A stretch of DNA of 64,000 nucleotides from Flaccisagitta enflata (Eukaryota), in the NCBI GenBank assembly GCA_965153355.1, contig OZ231126.1:42408001-42472000 (forward strand), read 5' to 3'. Made by a program: the position numbers and the translations under genes. Below the pieces are notes generated by a model, which was not told the origin of the DNA, did not search any database, and saw only the letters and a program-made list of their open reading frames with translations. How positions within the stretch are numbered: position 1 is the stretch's first letter; the number at the start of each line of letters is the position of its first letter. This document shows, piece by piece, positions 12,401-35,353 of this stretch.

Positions 12401-15400
12401 CAGACCATTGTTACAGCTGGCAGACCATTTGTTACACCCAACAGACCAATCCCTCCACTGCCTTCAACAGACCATTGTTACAGCTGGCAGACCATTTGTT
12501 ACACCCAGCAAACCATTCCCTCCAATGCCTTCAACAGACCATTGTTACAGCTGGCAGTCCATTTGTTACACCCAACAGACCATTCCTATGACTGCCCCCA
12601 ACAGACCATTGTTACAGCTGGCAGACCATTTGTTACACCCAGCAGACCATTCCTATGACTGCCCCCAACAGCCCATTGTTACAGCTGGCAGACCATTTGT
12701 TACACCCAGCAGACCAATCCCTCCACAGCCTTCAACAGACTATTGTTACAGCTGGCAGACCATTTGTTACACCCAACAGACCATTTCCTCCGCTGCCTTC
12801 AGCAGACCATTGTTACATCTGGCAGACCATTTGTTACACCCAGCATACCAATCCCTCCACTGCCTTCAACAGACCATTGTTACAGCTGGCAGACCATTTG
12901 TTACACCCAACAGACCATTCCCTCCACTGCCTTCAACAGAACATTGTTGCAGCTGGCAGACCATTTGTTACACCCAGCAGACCATTCCCTCCAATGCCTT
13001 CAACAAACCATTGTTACAGCTGGCAGACCATTTGTTACACCTAGCAGACCATTCCTATAACTGCCCCCAACAGACCATTGTTACAGCTGGCAGACCATTT
13101 GTTACACCCAGCAGACCATTCCTATGACTGCCCCCAACAGACCATTGTTACAGCTGGCAGACCATTTGTTACACCCAGCAGACCAATCCCTCCACTGCCT
13201 TCAACAGACCATTGTTACAGCTGGCAGACCATTTGTTATGCCAGCAGACCAACCTCATGCAGCCACAGGCCATACAGCTGGGTCCATTTATTACACCCAG
13301 CAGACCATTCCTATGACTGCCCCCAACAGACCATTGTTACAGCTGGCAGACCATTTGTTACACCCAGCAGACCATTCCTATGACTGCCCCCAACAGACCA
13401 TTGTTACAGCTGGCAGACCATTTGTTACACCCAGCAGACCAATCCCTCCACTGCCTTCAACAGACCATTGTTACAGCTGGCAGACCATTTGTTACACCCA
13501 ACAGACCATTCTCTCCGCTGCCTTCAGCAGACCATTGTTACATCTGGCAGACCATTTGTTACACCCAGCATACCAATCCCTCCACTGCCTTCAACACACC
13601 ATTGTTACAGCTGGCAGACCATTTGTTACACCCAACAGACCATTCCCCCCACTGCCTTCAACAGAACATTGTTACAGCTGGCAGACCATTTGTTACACCC
13701 AGCAGACCATTCCCTCCAATGCCTTCAACAGACCATTGTTACAGCTGGCAGACCATTTGTTACACCCAGCAGACCATTCCTATAACTGCACCCAACAGAC
13801 CATTGTTACAGCTGGCAGACCATTTGTTACACCCAGCAGACCATTCCTATGACTGCCCCCAACAGACCATTGTTACAGCTGGCAGACCATTTGTTACACC
13901 CAGCAGACCAATCCCTCCACTGCCTTCAACAGACCATTGTTACAGCTGGCAGACCATTTGTTACACCCTACAGACCATTCCCTCCATTGCCTTCAACAGA
14001 CCATTGTTACAGCTGGCAGACCATTTGTTACACCCAACAGACCATTCCCTCCACTGCCTTCAACAGACTATTGTTACAGCTGGCAGACCATTTGTTACAC
14101 CCAGCAGACCAATCCCTCCACTACCTTCAACAGACCATTGTTACAGCTGGCAGACCATTTGTTACACCCAACAGACCATTCCCTCCACTGCCATCAACAG
14201 ACCATTGTTACAGCTGGCAGACCATTTGTTACACCCAACAGACCATTCCCTCCACTACCTTCAACAGACCTATGTTACAACTGGTTGACCATTTGTAACA
14301 CCCAACAGACCATTCCCTCCACTGCCTTCAACAGACCATTGTTACAGCTGGCAGACCATTTGTTACACCCAGCAGACCATTCCTATGACTGCCCCAACAG
14401 ACCATTGTTACAGCTGGCAGACCATTTGTACACCTGGCAGACCATTCCTCCCACTGCCTTCAACAGACCATTGTTACAGCTGGCAGACCATTTGTTACAC
14501 CCAACAGACCATTCCCTCCAATGCCTTCAACAGACCATTGTTACAGCTGGCAGACCATTTGTTACACCCAGCAGACCATTCCCTCCAATGCCTTCAACAG
14601 ACCATTGTAACAGCTGGCAGACCATTTGTTACACCCAACAGACCATTCCTCAACTGCCTCAACAGACCATTGTTACAGCTGGCAGACCATTTGTTACACC
14701 CAGCACCAATCCCTCATGCCTTCAACTGCCATTGTTACAGCTGGCACACATTTGTTGCCCAACAGACCATTACCTTCACCTTTTTCAGCAGACCATTGCA
14801 GCTGGTATACCATTTGTTACACTCAGCAGACCATTCCCTCCAATGCCTTCAACAGACCATTGTTACAGCTGGCAGACCATTTGTTACACCCAGCAGACCA
14901 TTCCTATGACTGCCCCCAACAGACCATTGTTACAGCTGGCAGACCATTTGTTACACCCAGCAGACCATTCCTATGACTGCCCCCAACAGACCATTGTTAC
15001 AGCTGGCAGACCATTTGTTACACCCAGCAGACCAATCCCTCCACTGCCTTCAACAGACCATTGTTACAGCTGGCAGACCATTTGTTACCAACATACCATT
15101 CCCTCAGTGCCTTCAACAGACCATTTTACAGCTGGCAGACCATTTGTTACACCAGCAGACCATTCCTCAATGCCTTCAACAGACCATTGTTACAGCTGGC
15201 AGACCATTTGTAACACCCAGCAGACCATTCCTATGATTGCCTTCAACAGAATATTGTTACAGCTGGCAGACCATTTGTTACACCCAGCAGACCATTCCCT
15301 CCAATGCCTTCAACAGACCATTGTTACAGCTGGCAAACCATTTGTTACACCCAGCAGACCATTCCTCTGACTGCCCCCAACAGACCATTGTTACAGCTGG

Positions 15401-15966
15401 CAGACTATTTGTTACACCCAGCAGACCATTTCTATGACTGCCCCCAACAGACCATTGTTACAGCTGGCAGACCATTTGTTACACCCAGCAGACCCATCCC
15501 TCCACTGCCTTCAACAGACCATTGTTACAGCAGGCAGACCATTTGTTACACCCAACAGACCATTTCCTCCACTGCCTTCATTAGAACATTGTTACAGCTG
15601 GCAGACCATTTGTTACACCCAGCAGACCATTCCCTCCACTGTCTTTAACAGACCATCGTAAAAGCTGGCAGACCATTTGTTACACCCAGCAGGCCATTCC
15701 CTCCACTACCTTTAATAGACCATTGTTACAGCTGGCAGACAATTTGTTACACCCAGCAGACTATTCCTTCCACTGCCCCCAACAGACCATTTTTACAGCT
15801 GGCAGACCATTTGTTATTCCAAGCAGTACATTCCTTCCACTACCCCCAACAGACCATTGTTACAGCTGGCAGACCCTTTGTTACACCCAGCAGACCATTC
15901 CCTCCATTGCCTTCAACAGACCATTGTTACAGCTGGCAGACCATTTGTTACACTCAGCAGACCATT
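9480..15966 (+). repeat. 67-bp tandem satellite, left arm, with a 335-bp (5-unit) higher-order repeat
   Basis: Unit AACAGACCATTGTTACAGCTGGCAGACCATTTGTTACACCCAGCAGACCA followed by a variable ~17-nt segment. Near-identical ORF starts recur at 335 and 1005 bp offsets (10645, 11650, 11985). Confidence 0.95.
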
Positions 15967-15972
15967 TCCTCC

Positions 15973-18900
15973 AATGGTCTGCTGGGTGCAACAAATGGTC
16001 TGCCAGCTGTAACAATGGTCTGTTGAAGGCAGTGGAGGGAATGATCTGTTGTGTGTAACAAATGGTCTGCCAGCTGTAACAATGGTCTGTTGAAGGCAAT
16101 GGAGGGATTGGTCTGCTAGGTGTAACAAATGGTCTGCCAGCTGTAGCAAGGGTCTGTTGGGGGCAGTCATAGGAATGGTCAGCTGAGTGTAACAAATGTT
16201 CTGCCAGCTGTAACAATGGTCTGTTCGGGGCAATTACAGGAATGGTCCTCTAGGTGTAACAAACGGTCTGCCATTTGTAACAATGGTCTGTTGAAGGCAT
16301 TGGAGGGAATGGTCTGCTCGGTAAAACAAATGGTCTGCCATGTGACAATGGTCTGTTGAAGGCAGTGGTGAAATGAACTGTTTGTGTAAGAAATGGTCTG
16401 CCACCTGTAACAATGGTCTGTTAAAGGCATTGGAAGGATTGGTCTGCTGGGTGTAACAAATGGTCGGCCAGCTAACAGCAATGCTCTTTGGGGGCAGTCA
16501 TCAGAATGGTCTGCTGGGTGTAAAAACGGTCTGCCGAGAACAGCGGCAATGGTCTGTTGGGGGCAGTCATAAATGGTCTGCTGGGTGTCTGAAATGGTCT
16601 GCCAGCTGTAACAATGGTCTGTTGAAGGCATTGGAAGGAATAGTCTGCTGGGTGTAACAAATGGTCTGCCAGCTGTAACAATGGTCTGTTGAAGGCAGTT
16701 GAGAATGGTCTGTTGGGTAACAAATGGTCTGCCAGCTGTAACAATGGTCTGTTGAAGGCAGTGGAGGGATTGGTCTGCTGGGTGTAACAAATGGTCTGCC
16801 AGCTGTAACAATGGTCTGTTGGGGGCAGTCATAGGAATGGTCTGCTGGGTGTAACAAATGGTCTGCCAGCTGTTACAATGGTCTGTTGGGGGCAGTCGGA
16901 GGAATGGTCTGCTGGGTGTAACAAATGGTCTGCCAGCTATAACAATGGTCTGTTGAAGGCATTGGAGGGAATGGTCTGCTGGGTGTAACAAATGGTCTGC
17001 CAGCTTTAACAATGGTCTGTTGAAGGCAGTGGAGGGAATGGTCTGTTGGGTGTAACAAATGGTCTGCCAGCTGTAAGAATGGTCTGTTGGAGGCAGTCAT
17101 AGGAATGGTCTGCTGGGTGTAACAAATGGTCTGCCAGCTGTAACACTGTTCTGTTGAAGGCATTGGAGGGAATGGTTTGCTGGGTGTAACAAATGGTCTG
17201 CCAGCTGTAACAATGATCTGTTGAAGGCAGTGAAGAAAATATTCGGTAAAATGTAACAATGGTCGCCGCTGTAACAATGGTCTGAAGGCAGTGGAGGAAA
17301 TGGTCTGCTGTGTATTAAATGGTCTGCCAGCTGTAACAATGGTCTGTTGAAGGCGGAGGGATTGGTCTGCTGGGTAACAAATGGTCTGCCAGCTGTAACA
17401 ATGGTCTGTTGGGGCCGTCAAAGGAATGGTCTGCTGGGTGTAACAAATGGTCTGCCAGCTGTAACAATGGTCTGTTGGGGGCAGTCAGAGGAATGGTCTG
17501 CTGGGTGTAACAAATGGTCTGCCAGCTGTAACAATGGTCTGTTGAAGGCAGTGGTGGTCTGCTGGGTGTAACAAATCTGCCAGCTGTAACAATGGTCTGT
17601 TAAAGGCAGTGGAAGGAATGGTCTGTTGGGTGTAACAAATGGTCTGCCAGCTGTAAGTGGTCTGTTGAAGGCAGTGGAGGGATTGGTCTGCTGGGTGTAA
17701 CAAATGGTCTGCCAGCTGTAACAATGGTCTGTTGAAGGCAGTGGAGGGATTGGTCTGCTGGGTGTAACAAATGGTCTGCCAGCTGTAACAATGGTCTGTT
17801 GGGGGCAGTCATAGGAATGGTCTGCTGGGTGTAACAAATGGTCTGCCCGCTGTAACAATGGTCTGTTGGGGGCAGTCAGAGAATGGTCTGCTGGTAACAA
17901 CAAATGGTCTCCAGCTTAATGGTCTGATGGGAGTGAATGGTCTGCTGGGTGTAACAAATGGTCTGCCAGCTGGCAATGGTCTGTTGAAGGCAGTGGAGGG
18001 AATGGTCTGCTGGGTGTAACAAATGGTCTGCCAGCTGTAACAATGGTCTGTTGAAGGCAGTGGAGGGAATGGTCTGCTGGGTGTAACAAATGGTCTGCCA
18101 GCTGTAACAATGGTCTGTTGGGGGCAGTTATAGGAATGGTCTGCTGGGTATAACAAATTGTCTGCCAGCTGTAAAAATGGTTTGTTGGGGGAAGTCATAG
18201 GAATGGTCTGCTGGGTGTAACAAATGGTCTGCCAGCTGTAACAATGGTCTGTTGAAGGCATTGGAGGGAATGATCTGCTGGGTGTAACAAATGGTCTGCC
18301 AGCTATAACAATGGTCTGTTGAAGGCAGTGGAGGGAATGGTCTGTTGGGTATAACAAATGGTCTGCCAGGTGTAACAATGGTCTGTTGATGGCAGTGGAG
18401 GGATTGGTCTGCTGGGTGTAACAAATGGTCTGCCAGCTGTAACAATAGTCTGTTGGGGGCAGTCAGAGATATGGTCTGCTGGGTGAAACAAATGGTCTGT
18501 CAGCTGTAACAATGGTCTGTTGAAGGCAGTGGAGGGATTGGTCTGCTGGGTGTAACAAATGGTCTGCCAGCTGTAACAATGGTCTGTTGAAGGCAGTGGA
18601 GGGAATGGTCTGTTGGGTGTAACAAATGGTCTGCCAGCTGTAACAATGGTCTGTTGAAGGCAGTGGAGGGATTGGTCTGCTGGGTGTAACAAATGGTCTG
18701 CCAGCTGTAACAATGGTCTGTTGAAGGCAGTGGAGGGATTGGTCTGCTGGGTGTAACAAATGGTCTGCCAGCTGTAACAATGGTCTGTTGGGGGCAGTCA
18801 TAGGAATGGTCTGCTGGGTGTAACAAATGGTCTGCCAGCTGTAACAATGGTCTGTTGAAGGCATTGGAGGGAATGGTCTGCTGGGTGTAACAAATGGTCT

Positions 18901-19835
18901 GCCAGCTGTAACAATGGTCTGTTGAAGGCAGTGGAGGGAATGGTCTGTTGGGTGTAACAAATGGTCTGCCAGCTGTAACAATGGTCTGTTGAAGGCAGTG
19001 GAGGGATTGGTCTGCTGGGTGTAACAAATGGTCTGCCAGCTGTAACAATGGTCTGTTGGGGGCAGTCATAGGAATGGTCTGCTGGGTGTAACAAATGGTC
19101 TGCCAGCTGTAACAATGGTCTGTTGGGGGCAGTCATAGGAATGGTCTGCTGGGTGTAACAAATGGTCTGCCAGCTGTAACAATGGTCTGTTGAAGGCATT
19201 GGAGGGAATGGTCTGCTGGGTGTAACAAATGGTCTGCCAGCTGTAACAATGGTCTGTTGAAGGCAGTGGAGGGAATGGTCTGTTGGGTGTAACAAATGGT
19301 CTGCCAGCTGTAACAATGGTCTGTTGAAGGCAGTGGAGGGATTGGTCTGCTGGGTGTAACAAATGGTCTGCCAGCTGTAACAATGGTCTGTTGGGGGCAG
19401 TCATAGGAATGGTCTGCTGGGTGTAACAAATGGTCTGCCAGCTGTAACAATGGTCTGTTGGGGGCAGTCATAGGAATGGTCTGCTGGGTGTAACAAATGG
19501 TCTGCCAGCTGTAACAATGGTCTGTTGAAGGCATTGGAGGGAATGGTCTGCTGGGTGTAACAAATGGTCTGCCAGCTGTAACAATGGTCTGTTGAAGGCA
19601 GTGGAGGGAATGGTCTGTTGGGTGTAACAAATGGTCTGCCAGCTGTAACAATGGTCTGTTGAAGGCAGTGGAGGGATTGGTCTGCTGGGTGTAACAAATG
19701 GTCTGCCAGCTGTAACAATGGTCTGTTGGGGGCAGTCATAGGAATGGTCTGCTGGGTGTAACAAATGGTCTGCCAGCTGTAACAATGGTCTGTTGGGGGC
19801 AGTCATAAGAATGGTCTGCTGGGTGTTACAAATGG
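15973..19835 (-). repeat. 67-bp tandem satellite, right arm (inverted)
   Basis: Reverse complement of the same unit. Exact 335-bp periodicity over about 18800-19800 (identical ORFs 19066-19404 and 19401-19739). Confidence 0.95.
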
Positions 19836-20386
19836 TCTGCTGGGAGCACTAATTTGTCCCAGAGGATTATTAAATGGTCTGTTCAAGCCCTTCAATGGTC
19901 TGCTCTGAGCAATTTAGTTGTCCTGAGATACATTCGTCCAAAAGGTCTGTTGGCAATGGTCTGTTCGATTACCAATTCTGACAAAGGAACAGATGTACTA
20001 ATTCTGTTGTGGTTATGTGGGCGAGTACTAACGTATCGTTGTTTCAATCCAGATATTATCAGCTAATTGTAGCTCAACATGTGGATGCCAAACTCCTTTC
20101 CAGCCCATTTGTGGGTACAACGATGAGCAATTCTATTCCCCATGCACTGCTGGATGCACCGGAATGACTTCAATGGATGTCGGGGATGTTATTTTCAACA
20201 ATTGCTCGTGCATTTCCGGAGAAGGTATTCTTGAAAAGTTGACGATTGTCCATTAATACGCGCCCTTGACATCTCCAACTTATGATCATCACTCTTTTAT
20301 TTTCGATGTTTGATTCTATACATTCTATACATTCTCTGTCTGTCTTTGTCTCTGTCTGTTTTTCCGTTTCTGTCTATCCGTCAAAA

Positions 20387-20537
<151 letters not shown>

Positions 20538-21133
20538 CTCTTCCAGGATGGGCAAGAGACGGATTCTGTCCATCTTCTTCATGTATCGCTGGAACTGTCT
20601 ACGTGGCACTTGTCATTGCCATGAGGTTCACATCATCCTTTGGACGCGTTTACATGATGGCCATTTGTATGAGATCTGTTTCAGAAGCAAATAAGACACT
20701 AGCATTAGGACTTCGATCCATGATCGGTAAGACAAGGTCTACTTACAGTGAGTGTTAAGCATTCCCTATATTATTTTCCTTTCCTTTACATTCTATTATT
20801 TTTGTTTTGTTCTCCGGGATTCAATATGTTGTTAGTCAGCTGGTTGGTTGCCAATGGTTGGTTTATTGGGTGGTTGGTTGGTTGGTTGGTTGGTTGGTTG
20901 GTTGGTTGGTTGGTTGGATGATTGGTTAGATGGTTTATCGTTCCTTATGTTTATCAAAACTTTCTTTTTGGGAAATCAAAGGCTTTATTTGCACCACCAC
21001 TCCTGACCTGTATAATTGGTCATTTTTTTTCTACTGCCCCTGTCCAACCGCACACGAAGAGGGTAGCTGTGTATCCAGCCTTGATCTCTCCCTTTTGTTG
21101 CATTCAGATCATGTTGCACAAATTTTCTTTTCT

Positions 21134-21703
21134 TTTTGGGCAGCGGCCCCGAAGGGGACGAAGTCCTGTAGAACACAGGGGGACTTTTGTTCGTCCGTTC
21201 GTTAGTTCGTGCGTCCGTCCCCCCCCCCTCATCAGGCCCCTCAGGCCTCAAATCTAACCTCTGAGACCTCAATTCTGGCTTCTCAGGCCTCAAATTCAGC
21301 CTCTTAGGCCTCAAATCAGGCCTCTCAGGCTGCAAATCCGGCCTCTCAAGCCTCAAATCCAACCTCTCAGGCCTTAAACCTGGCCTCTCAGGCCTCAAAC
21401 CTGGCCTCTCAGGCCTCAAATTAGGCCTCTCAGGCCTCAAATCAGCTATCAGCTTCCGATTGGCATTCTGAAGCCTTGCATCAGCCTTCTTAGAACTCAG
21501 TTTAGGCTCTTGAAGACCTTCAGTAGGCCGTCTATAGCATCTCATCCACTTCTTCAGGCAGGACGAACGAAAGTCCCCCTGTGTTCTACAGGACTTCGTC
21601 CCCTTTGGGGCCGCTGCCCTGCTTCCCCTCACTCCAATCCACAATCACTCAAAGCAGGGCAACGGGTATCGCTGACCACATATTGCCCTTGGGCGACCTG
21701 TTT
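21134..21703 (+). mobile_element. Inverted-repeat / 21-bp tandem-array element in the last SLCO intron
   Basis: Inverted repeat 21138-21186 / 21571-21620, internal AGGCCTCAAATCCGGCCTCTC-type units, tail GGTATCGCTGACCACATATTGCCCTTGGGCGACCTGTT. Confidence 0.75.
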
Positions 21704-22076
21704 ATCACTCTCATTACAGCCAGCATATTCGGAGATGTGATGTCATCTACAATCTTGGGCGTGATCATCGATTTGGCTTGTATGTCTTGGGTCAACCCCG
21801 ACACAGAATCGGGCAATTGTTGGTTTTATGACACGGACAAGATGCATTTCTGGTTCCATCTGTTGCTACTTATTGCTCTGGGATTTTCCTCGGTTGGTTA
21901 CCTCGCCGGTTGGCGAGTGGAGAAGAAACAGGAAGGCGCGTCAGAAAGGACTTAATCTCGATTTCATAATCGTATCATCTTTTTTTTTTTCATTTTCATC
22001 ATTCTGTCTGATTTTGCGTTTATGATCTTGCTTGTAACTTGCTTTCAATGCAAATGACAAATGAATGAAATTGTTA

Positions 22077-22403
22077 CCGGGGTGTATATAGTTGAGTGGC
22101 TTTTGATTTTATTCCCCCCCCCCTGCCTTTGAGTTTCTTCGCCACAGCGCATTGCGTCGCATTACAAAATCTATGATTTTCTTCCCCATTAAGCAATAAA
22201 ACAGTATATTATAGCTTTAAATAGTGTTAAATTGTGTTGTAGTAATCATATATCACCTTCTGGAACTACCAAAAGTGTTAAATCTTCAAAACAAAACAAA
22301 ATTTCACCTTTTCTAGCTTTTGATTTTGTTCCCCAACTCCAAATCCTTTGAATTTACCTCCCCCCCCCACCAAGGGGGGAATACTCAACTTTACACATGC
22401 CTG
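22077..22403. mobile_element. hAT-like MITE just 3' of the SLCO stop codon
   Basis: 8-bp TSD AATTGTTA (22069-76 / 22404-11), imperfect TIRs CCGGGGTGTATATAGTTGAG / CTCAACTTTACACATGCCTG. Relative at 43329-43850. Confidence 0.8.
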
Positions 22404-23447
22404 AATTGTTATTTGCATGAACTAAGAAGCTGACTGTGACTTTACAACAGAATTTTTTCCGCAAAAAAAAAAGAGAGCTTTTCTGAAAAAAAGATTGTCT
22501 CTTTTATATTTCTTTACTATCATGCCGATAAACTGACATCGATGGACTTTTGACATTACTTTTGCAATCTGCTGACATAACATCTGTACACTTACTATTG
22601 TCAAAAGATCAAACAACTGTCAAATCTGAGCAGACATATTTAGCCATATGCAAATTTTTCCATCAGTTAGATCTTGAAAAAATCTTCATTTTTCTCATGA
22701 ATTTCACCTCAATTGCATTCTACAAAATCAAGTAAGATCAAAAACAGTAAAAACATTCCCTACGCAAATCATGGCAAAATTACCAGAAAAACCTTATCAA
22801 CTTCAGTTGTTCACCAAAGCTACATAAAGATAGATAATCAGATGCGAATTTCACGACTAAACAGCTTTTGAAAAGTTCTTTAATTTGCCCACCGATTTCA
22901 ATTGATTTTGTGCAAGTGAATGCTTTCAAAATTCAAACCAAAGTTATGGAAAAATTTTTACCTGGATATAGTTTGTTAGTTGTCAAGATGTGATGAAGTT
23001 TAAAACAAGCATCCCAATTGGTACAAAGTACAAAAAACAATGTGGAATACATTGAGAAATACTCATCAAATATATAACATCAGGGAGTTGCATCGTTCCT
23101 AACCAGTAGTAGCGAGGTATGTATATTTGTAACACTACCTTGACAATAATTAGTGTACAGGTGTTATTTACAAATATCATAATTCACAAAACCTGCAGGA
23201 TTCTTTTATTGCAAAAATTAAACATTGAGCTTCATGATTTCTGAGGAGTTTGCCATTAAGAACGGAAATTTTCGGGAAGGAATAAATCTGGAATAAGAAT
23301 CGAGAAGCAGCAACGGCAACAGATAGTTCTCATCGTAAATTTAAATTGGGTTCATTCAAATGATACGACAAAGCTGAACAGCACATGCTTGACTTACCCT
23401 ATCAATAGCCAGTAGGTAGAAGCATTTTTCTTTTGTTTGGTGAAGTT

Positions 23448-23643
23448 CAGTTGAACCCCGCTCAATGAGACCCGGTTCATAACATAACATGACATAATTT
23501 GACTTAAATAGGTGCAAATTCCCAATTCATCAAATTAATTTCCTTAAATTCCTACGTCGGCTTTAATACAAATCCACTTACACAGATAAAAGATGTATAT
23601 GATTCTTTGGTCCCTTGTAATCCGCGAGAGCGGGGTTTTACTG
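23448..23643. mobile_element. Degenerate copy of the CAGTTAAACCCCGCTC MITE
   Basis: Ends CAGTTGAACCCCGCTC and GAGCGGGGTTTTACTG resemble the TIRs of 7099-7275. Confidence 0.55.
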
Positions 23644-23789
23644 TGTCGGAATCCTATGTATAATGAGGACAATCTATTTGCGATTGGGTGGATTGGGCTG
23701 TTATAAACAAAAGGCGCAACAATATGTGTACATAGGGCAAAATTGAATTGCGTCACTTTGCAAATAGTCAACAAAAAGAACAACAACTT

Positions 23790-34243
<10,454 letters not shown>

Positions 34244-34615
34244 TTTAAATGGAAGGGTGAGTTTTTTTGTTGTTTTGCAAAAGGTGTTTAAAACGACTTG
34301 ATGGTGAAGCGGATACCAAATATGGATTGGACGTGGTGAAATCAAAAAGAGAAAATTTATTACCGAAAAATTTCGAACAGCCCTCTGTTCTTCATCAGCG
34401 GGAAAGAAATGAGAGAAATGAGAATAGGGCAAGAATGGAAAACATAGAGATGAGAAGAGGTAAAGAGAGAGAAAGGCCTGAAGAAGAAAGAGAAGGACTA
34501 GATGACACTCGGGGTGCCCCGGTAGAGGTAAAAATAATTAGATAGAGATGATCACGCACTATTTCTTTTTTGATGGACATTTATTGTACAAACATGCACA
34601 AAGGGACGACATAGA

Positions 34616-35300
34616 TTAAACAAAAAAGTCCAATCCCCTCCCCCCACTATTGGGTAGAAGGTTGACGATCCCGTATGCGCTGGGATTGTCTTTGAGGTTG
34701 AGTTCGTTCATTGCCCAACTCTCGGTGTTTAATCTGACGTTGAGAATGAGGGGGTTCGACAGTAGGCTCTCTCCTCTGGAGACCAGGTCGACTAGGCAAT
34801 GCCTAGTAGGCATCGTGGATGTCACAGTTTCGGGTTCAGGGTTCTGAGGAGGAGCAGGAGAAGAAATAACCGGTTGAGTCGAAATGAGAGGACATTGGAT
34901 GACGGCCGGGGTCGATGTTGACTGAGGGGTTGAGGGCTTTGACTAAAGCAGTCTCATAGATACTCCAAGAAGTTCTCCTTCAGATACCCCACTTGACCTA
35001 TTTTTATAGGCTAATATAGTTCTTTTTGCGAAACTGATGGCTATTTTCACGGGCTTGACGCATCATTGCCGACTTTTACTTGTCAAGAGCATCAGCGGCA
35101 GTGGACATGTGATATTGAAATTCAACCTCAACGGTACAACTTCCATACTTAATAAGGAAAAACCTGATTAAGACCGAGTGTTTTGCTTTTCAATCTCCGG
35201 TCTAACACCTCTACGAATTCTTTTCAAAACGAGTCTTACTTTTTGATGTAAAAGTATCTTTACACGCTCAAACCGGTTTAAGACGGTAGAAGGAATGGTC

Positions 35301-35353
<53 letters not shown>

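Larger units (their letters stand above)
9350..19965. mobile_element. 10.6-kb foldback-type element: inverted ~130-bp termini plus two inverted arrays of a 67-bp satellite
   Basis: 9350-9480 is the reverse complement of 19835-19965 with a handful of substitutions. Left array ~9480-15966 (about 97 units), right array ~15973-19835 (about 58 units), orientation switch at 15967-15972. No transposase ORF and no clear TSD. Confidence 0.85.

Noticed and set aside
9509-19806. Dozens of ORFs such as MTAPNRPLLQLADHLLHP..
   Set aside because: Frame-rotating translations of a 67-bp unit (not a multiple of 3). They switch strand with the array and have no gene structure.
9480-19835. CRISPR-like array (constant ~50 bp plus a variable segment)
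   Set aside because: The variable segment is only ~17 nt and cycles through about five related states. There are no unique spacers and no cas genes, and the context is a eukaryotic intron.
9350-19965. Satellite palindrome as a fold-back read artefact
   Set aside because: The flanks are unique and collinear with SLCO exons, the termini differ by substitutions, and the arms differ in length and variant order. Exact array lengths may still be misassembled.
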